From Macrostomum lignano (taxonomy: Eukaryota), in assembly GCA_002269645.1 (NCBI GenBank), contig NIVC01004240.1:1-53574 (forward strand): a DNA stretch of 53,574 bases, given 5' to 3'. The notes beneath the pieces were generated by a model. The model was not told the origin of the DNA. It did no database searches and saw only the letters and a list, made by a program, of their open reading frames with translations. Position 1 is the first letter of the stretch. Every line of letters starts with the position of its first letter. This document shows, in pieces, positions 41,340 to 53,574 of this stretch. The translations under genes and the position numbers were made by a program.

Positions 41340-41497
41340 ATGAGCATGCCAGACACTGGGAGCAGTTTACGCGCAGTCTTGAACAATTTGCCTGACTTAA
41401 TGCTAAGCCTGGGGTTCTGATGTCGGCTGGGTTGGATTAGTGAAAGAATGGTTGCTAAGGACGCTATCGGTTTCCGGTGTGGGCAGAAATTATTCAT
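41340..41497 (-). mobile_element. Possible decayed hAT transposase C-terminal (dimerisation domain) fragment
   Basis: PIASLATILSLIQPSRHQNPRLSIKSGKLFKTARKLL has the spacing of the hAT motif P.S.....RLF...G......R..L. The match is short and degenerate. Confidence 0.3.
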
Positions 41498-43229
41498 AAG
41501 CTTTTTTCAGGCCTGACTCTATTTCCACAGTTTGCGTTAGAATAGCTAGCTTTTGTCTCCCAAACTGTGACTGCTCTGCTGTTGAGCTCCCATCTCACAC
41601 AATGAACTCCCTTTTAAACCCCGGGTCGCTATATTGCACTATAGAGGCAAGCAAAAAAACCAACAAAACGACTACTTAAAGCAGCAAGAGGCCTTAAAAT
41701 TCCTTTTGTCCGGAAAAATATGCTAGCTACCGGAATAGGTACGGTTCATTTTTTAATATTACTATCGGGTCAGAGACGCTTAGATAATATTTTTCTTTAT
41801 GCAGAAAAGTTTCTTATTTAATTTTTCACTTTCGGAATCTCTCCGCTTTCACAACATTTGCGTGTATACTACTTTCAGTTCAGTAGAAAGTTAAACAGAA
41901 GCACTTTAATGTTTTTTAAAGACAAGGCTCATTAATTGGCTTTTAAACCCCCCCTTCCGCCGGCTCCTAACTGCGCTAGCTAGCTAAACCCCGCCCAGAG
42001 CCTCTTTCCTCTCAGAATCTCTACCCCCGACCCGCCGCCCAATTTTTATTGCCCTCCTCTGGGCGTTCCAATCCTAAAACTGCCAGCCATGTACATTATT
42101 TGAGTTTGCGTTGGCTAAATGTACATTACGGCTTGCAATTGTTGTTTACGCCTGCAAGCCGTGGCTTCTAAACTTATCAAGTCCTTTTAACTAGCGTTTT
42201 TTCATAAAATAGCTTAGGTATTCTTTCTAGCTACTGAACTGAAAGTAGAAAACGCCATTAAGTTATCTCAGTTATCTGTGGCAGAGACTACTAAACCAGG
42301 CATAAAATTTGGCGTTGGCCAGTGTCGCTTCCATCCATGGTTAGGGAAGCCTCTTTGTTTGGCAAAGTTTTGCTAAATTTGACAATGTTTTTGATTGTAT
42401 TGGGAAACGAGGGAAAACACAAGAAAGTACAGGCGGGGTTGGAATGAGGCAAAAATACGTAAAACCATAGCCGTTTCTAATTATAGCCCGTCTCTCAGTT
42501 GGATTCATGGACTCCCAGAACGACTCTCGGTATAGACTGGACTGGATTGGAGCTATTGCTCACTGCTTTTAGTAGTTTACACTAAAGAGGCACAATGCAG
42601 ACGTAAAATATTTTGACTGTCATCCAAACCGTGTCTTCCCCTTGTAATCTTCCTGCCAATTGGTTTCCAGTCCAATTAGTGATCATTTTAAGAGTCCTTG
42701 GTTAGGTTATTGCATTACTAAGCTAGCTTCCGTGTTTTGAGAGCAGCGGAAACAGACAACATAATGGGAGTGGCGGTGGGGTACTTGCAGTTGCAGCCAA
42801 TATGGCTCATAGGCAAAACAGCAGAACTGGCTATACACACAAAAATATATAAAGTAAACGCTTCCCTGGATGTACTTTTAACTGTTATTAAATAAATTTG
42901 TGTATCAATTGATCAGTTTTCGGTTATTAAAAATAACCATCATCACGTCACGAGTAATATACTTTCCAGTTGTTTTCTGTAGCACTTAACTGATGAATAT
43001 ATTTGAGCTGCAGTAGCAGGACGCTGCGCACGGCTTTCTTAGAAATGGGCTGTAAGGCTGTAAGGAAACATATATTTGTAGTATCGCCAGTGCTTTTAGT
43101 ATGCTCCCTGGAGTAGGGGTCGGCTAACTCCGGTCCACGAGCCTCTCTATCCGGCCCTCGTGTCCTTTGAAACGTCACAATGGCAATCCGGGCCGCTCAA
43201 GGTTTGTCTCTTCTTTGCTCCCTAGTTGA

Positions 43230-43642
43230 ATCTCCTCTCTCTTCTCATTTCTCTCTTCTCTTCTCACCTTCTCACCTCTCCTTTCCTCTCCTTCTCACCT
43301 CTCCTTTCCTCTCCTTCTCACCTCTCCTTTCCTCTCCTTCTCACCTCTCCTTTCCTCTCCTTCTCACCTCTCCTTTCCTCTCCTTCTCACCTCTCCTTTC
43401 CTCTCCTTCTCACCTCTCCTTTCCTCTCCTTCTCACCTCTCCTTTCCTCTCCTTCTCACCTCTCCTTTCCTCTCCTTCTCACCTCTCCTTTCCTCTCCTT
43501 CTCACCTCTCCTTTCCTCTCCTTCTCACCTCTCCTTTCCTCTCCTTCTCACCTCTCCTTTCCTCTCCTTCTCACCTCTCCTTTCCTCTCCTTCTCACCTC
43601 TCCTTTCCTCTCCTTCTCACCTCTCCTTTCCTCTCCTTCTCT
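43230..43642. repeat. 23-bp pyrimidine minisatellite (CTCCTTCTCACCTCTCCTTTCCT)n
   Basis: Direct repetition. Confidence 0.96.
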
Positions 43643-43872
43643 GCGGCCTCTGCAACCGCGGCCTTACAGCCCATTTATCATTTATAAGAAAATCGAGTAT
43701 GGGATCCTTCTACTGCAGTTGTCCCAGTTGTCCGTGACCAATTCCTATAAAATTGGAGTGTCTAAAAGATGACAAATACCTCTCAAATTAGTGCTAAGAA
43801 AACCGTAAAAAGCATTTTTGGTTCTATAGTCGCCGAAATCAAGTATCTAAAACAATTCAATAAAAAGCTTTC

Positions 43873-52452
<8,580 letters not shown>

Positions 52453-52814
52453 TCAAGACTCTGACTCAAGAGCCCACTGCGGTATTCGCGCGCGCACAAA
52501 AGAAAAGAAGATAAGCAAAATCAGGGAGCGACGGTGAGTTACTAAGCCAGTAAGCCGAAAGATAGTTGTTTTTGTTTTATCAAATTATCAGCGCTTTTAC
52601 AATAATTTGTTTTTTGCGCGGTAAAAGAAGTGCAACAGAAGCATCCGAGTGAAAATTGGTTTAGGATTTAAAAAGGTTTCAGAATCAGTGGCAGGGTAGA
52701 GATTATTCGCAGTTGTTAGTACTAGAGATGTCACTCATTTTTTTAATAATTGCAAAAGCAGATTGTGCAGTCAGAAAATTAAAAGAGGCAGAATGAAAAT
52801 TTTTTTAAAGCATC

Positions 52815-53574
52815 CTGATTGGCTCCTCTGACACCGAGTTTAAATGCCCCTGACACCCCATTTGAAGTCCCCCTGACACCCAACTTTAATCTTCCCTGAC
52901 ACCCAATTTAAATCTCCCTGACACCCAATTTAAATCCCCCTGACACCCAATTTAAATCTCCTTGACACCCAATTTAAATTTCCCTGACACCAGTTTAAAT
53001 CCCCCTGACACCCAATTTAAATCTCCCTGACACCCAATTTAAATCTCCCTGACACCCAATTTAAATTTCCCTGACACCCAATTTAAATTTCCCTGACACC
53101 AATTTAAATCCCCCTGACACCCAATTCTAACCAACTGACACGAAATTTAAATCTCCCCTGACACCCAATTTAAATCTCCCTGACACCCAATTCTAACCAA
53201 CTGACACGAAATTTAAAATCTCCCCTGACACCCAAACAAAATCCGCCCTGACACCCAACTTAAATCTCCCTGACACCCAACTTAAATCTCCCTGACACCC
53301 AATTCTAACCAACTGACACGAAATTTAAATCTCCCCTGACCCCAATTTAAATTTCCCTGACACCCAAACAAAATCCGCCCTGACACCCAACTTAAATCTC
53401 CCTGACACCCAACTTAAATCTCCCTGACACCCAATTTAAATCCCCCTGACACCCAACTTAAATCTCCCTGACACCCAACTTAAATCTCCCTGACACCCAA
53501 CTTAAAATCTCCCTGACACCCAACTTAAATCTCCCTGACACCCAACTTAAAATCTCCCTGACACCCAATTTAAA
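52815..53574. repeat. About 22-bp minisatellite (CTGACACCCAATTTAAATCTCC)n, running off the window end
   Basis: Direct repetition. Confidence 0.96.

Noticed and set aside
43180-43737. ATG-initiated plus-strand ORF with a donor-like AAG|GTTTGT
   Set aside because: Mostly a 23-bp pyrimidine repeat, and no downstream exon was identified.

Overview
Eukaryotic (invertebrate) genomic DNA, very rich in micro- and minisatellites, with GC-rich exons. The style fits a repeat-rich flatworm such as Macrostomum, but that is an unverified inference. Four protein-coding genes are supported. (1) Two internal exons of an SLC17A9-like MFS transporter (minus strand, 1529-3226, incomplete at both ends; the canonical donor and acceptor between the exons are out of phase). 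(2) An intronless orphan single-pass membrane protein (plus, about 10964-11713). (3) A complete 4-exon SLC9B/NHA-type Na+/H+ antiporter (minus, 15660-29944, 795 aa) with a His-rich C-terminal tail. (4) A complete 8-exon CDKL1-like kinase (minus, 43873-51633, 368 aa). Mobile elements: a 2.2-kb TG...CA solo-LTR-like insertion with a 4-bp TSD in the last SLC9B intron, carrying a sense-oriented TATA/CCAAT/bZIP promoter and a splice donor; a 379-bp MITE with a 9-bp TSD; a 581-bp MITE with an 8-bp TSD; a tRNA-derived CORE-type SINE; a strongly CpG-depleted old block; and a possible hAT remnant. About 25 distinct tandem arrays fill the introns and intergenic space, including a 3.5-kb higher-order satellite. 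Almost all long ORFs in the supplied track are repeat artefacts. I found no clear-cut novel multi-gene system. The best leads are the LTR-derived internal promoter, the metal-binding-like tail of the antiporter, the orphan adaptor-like protein, and the unusual repeat/splice-site architecture.
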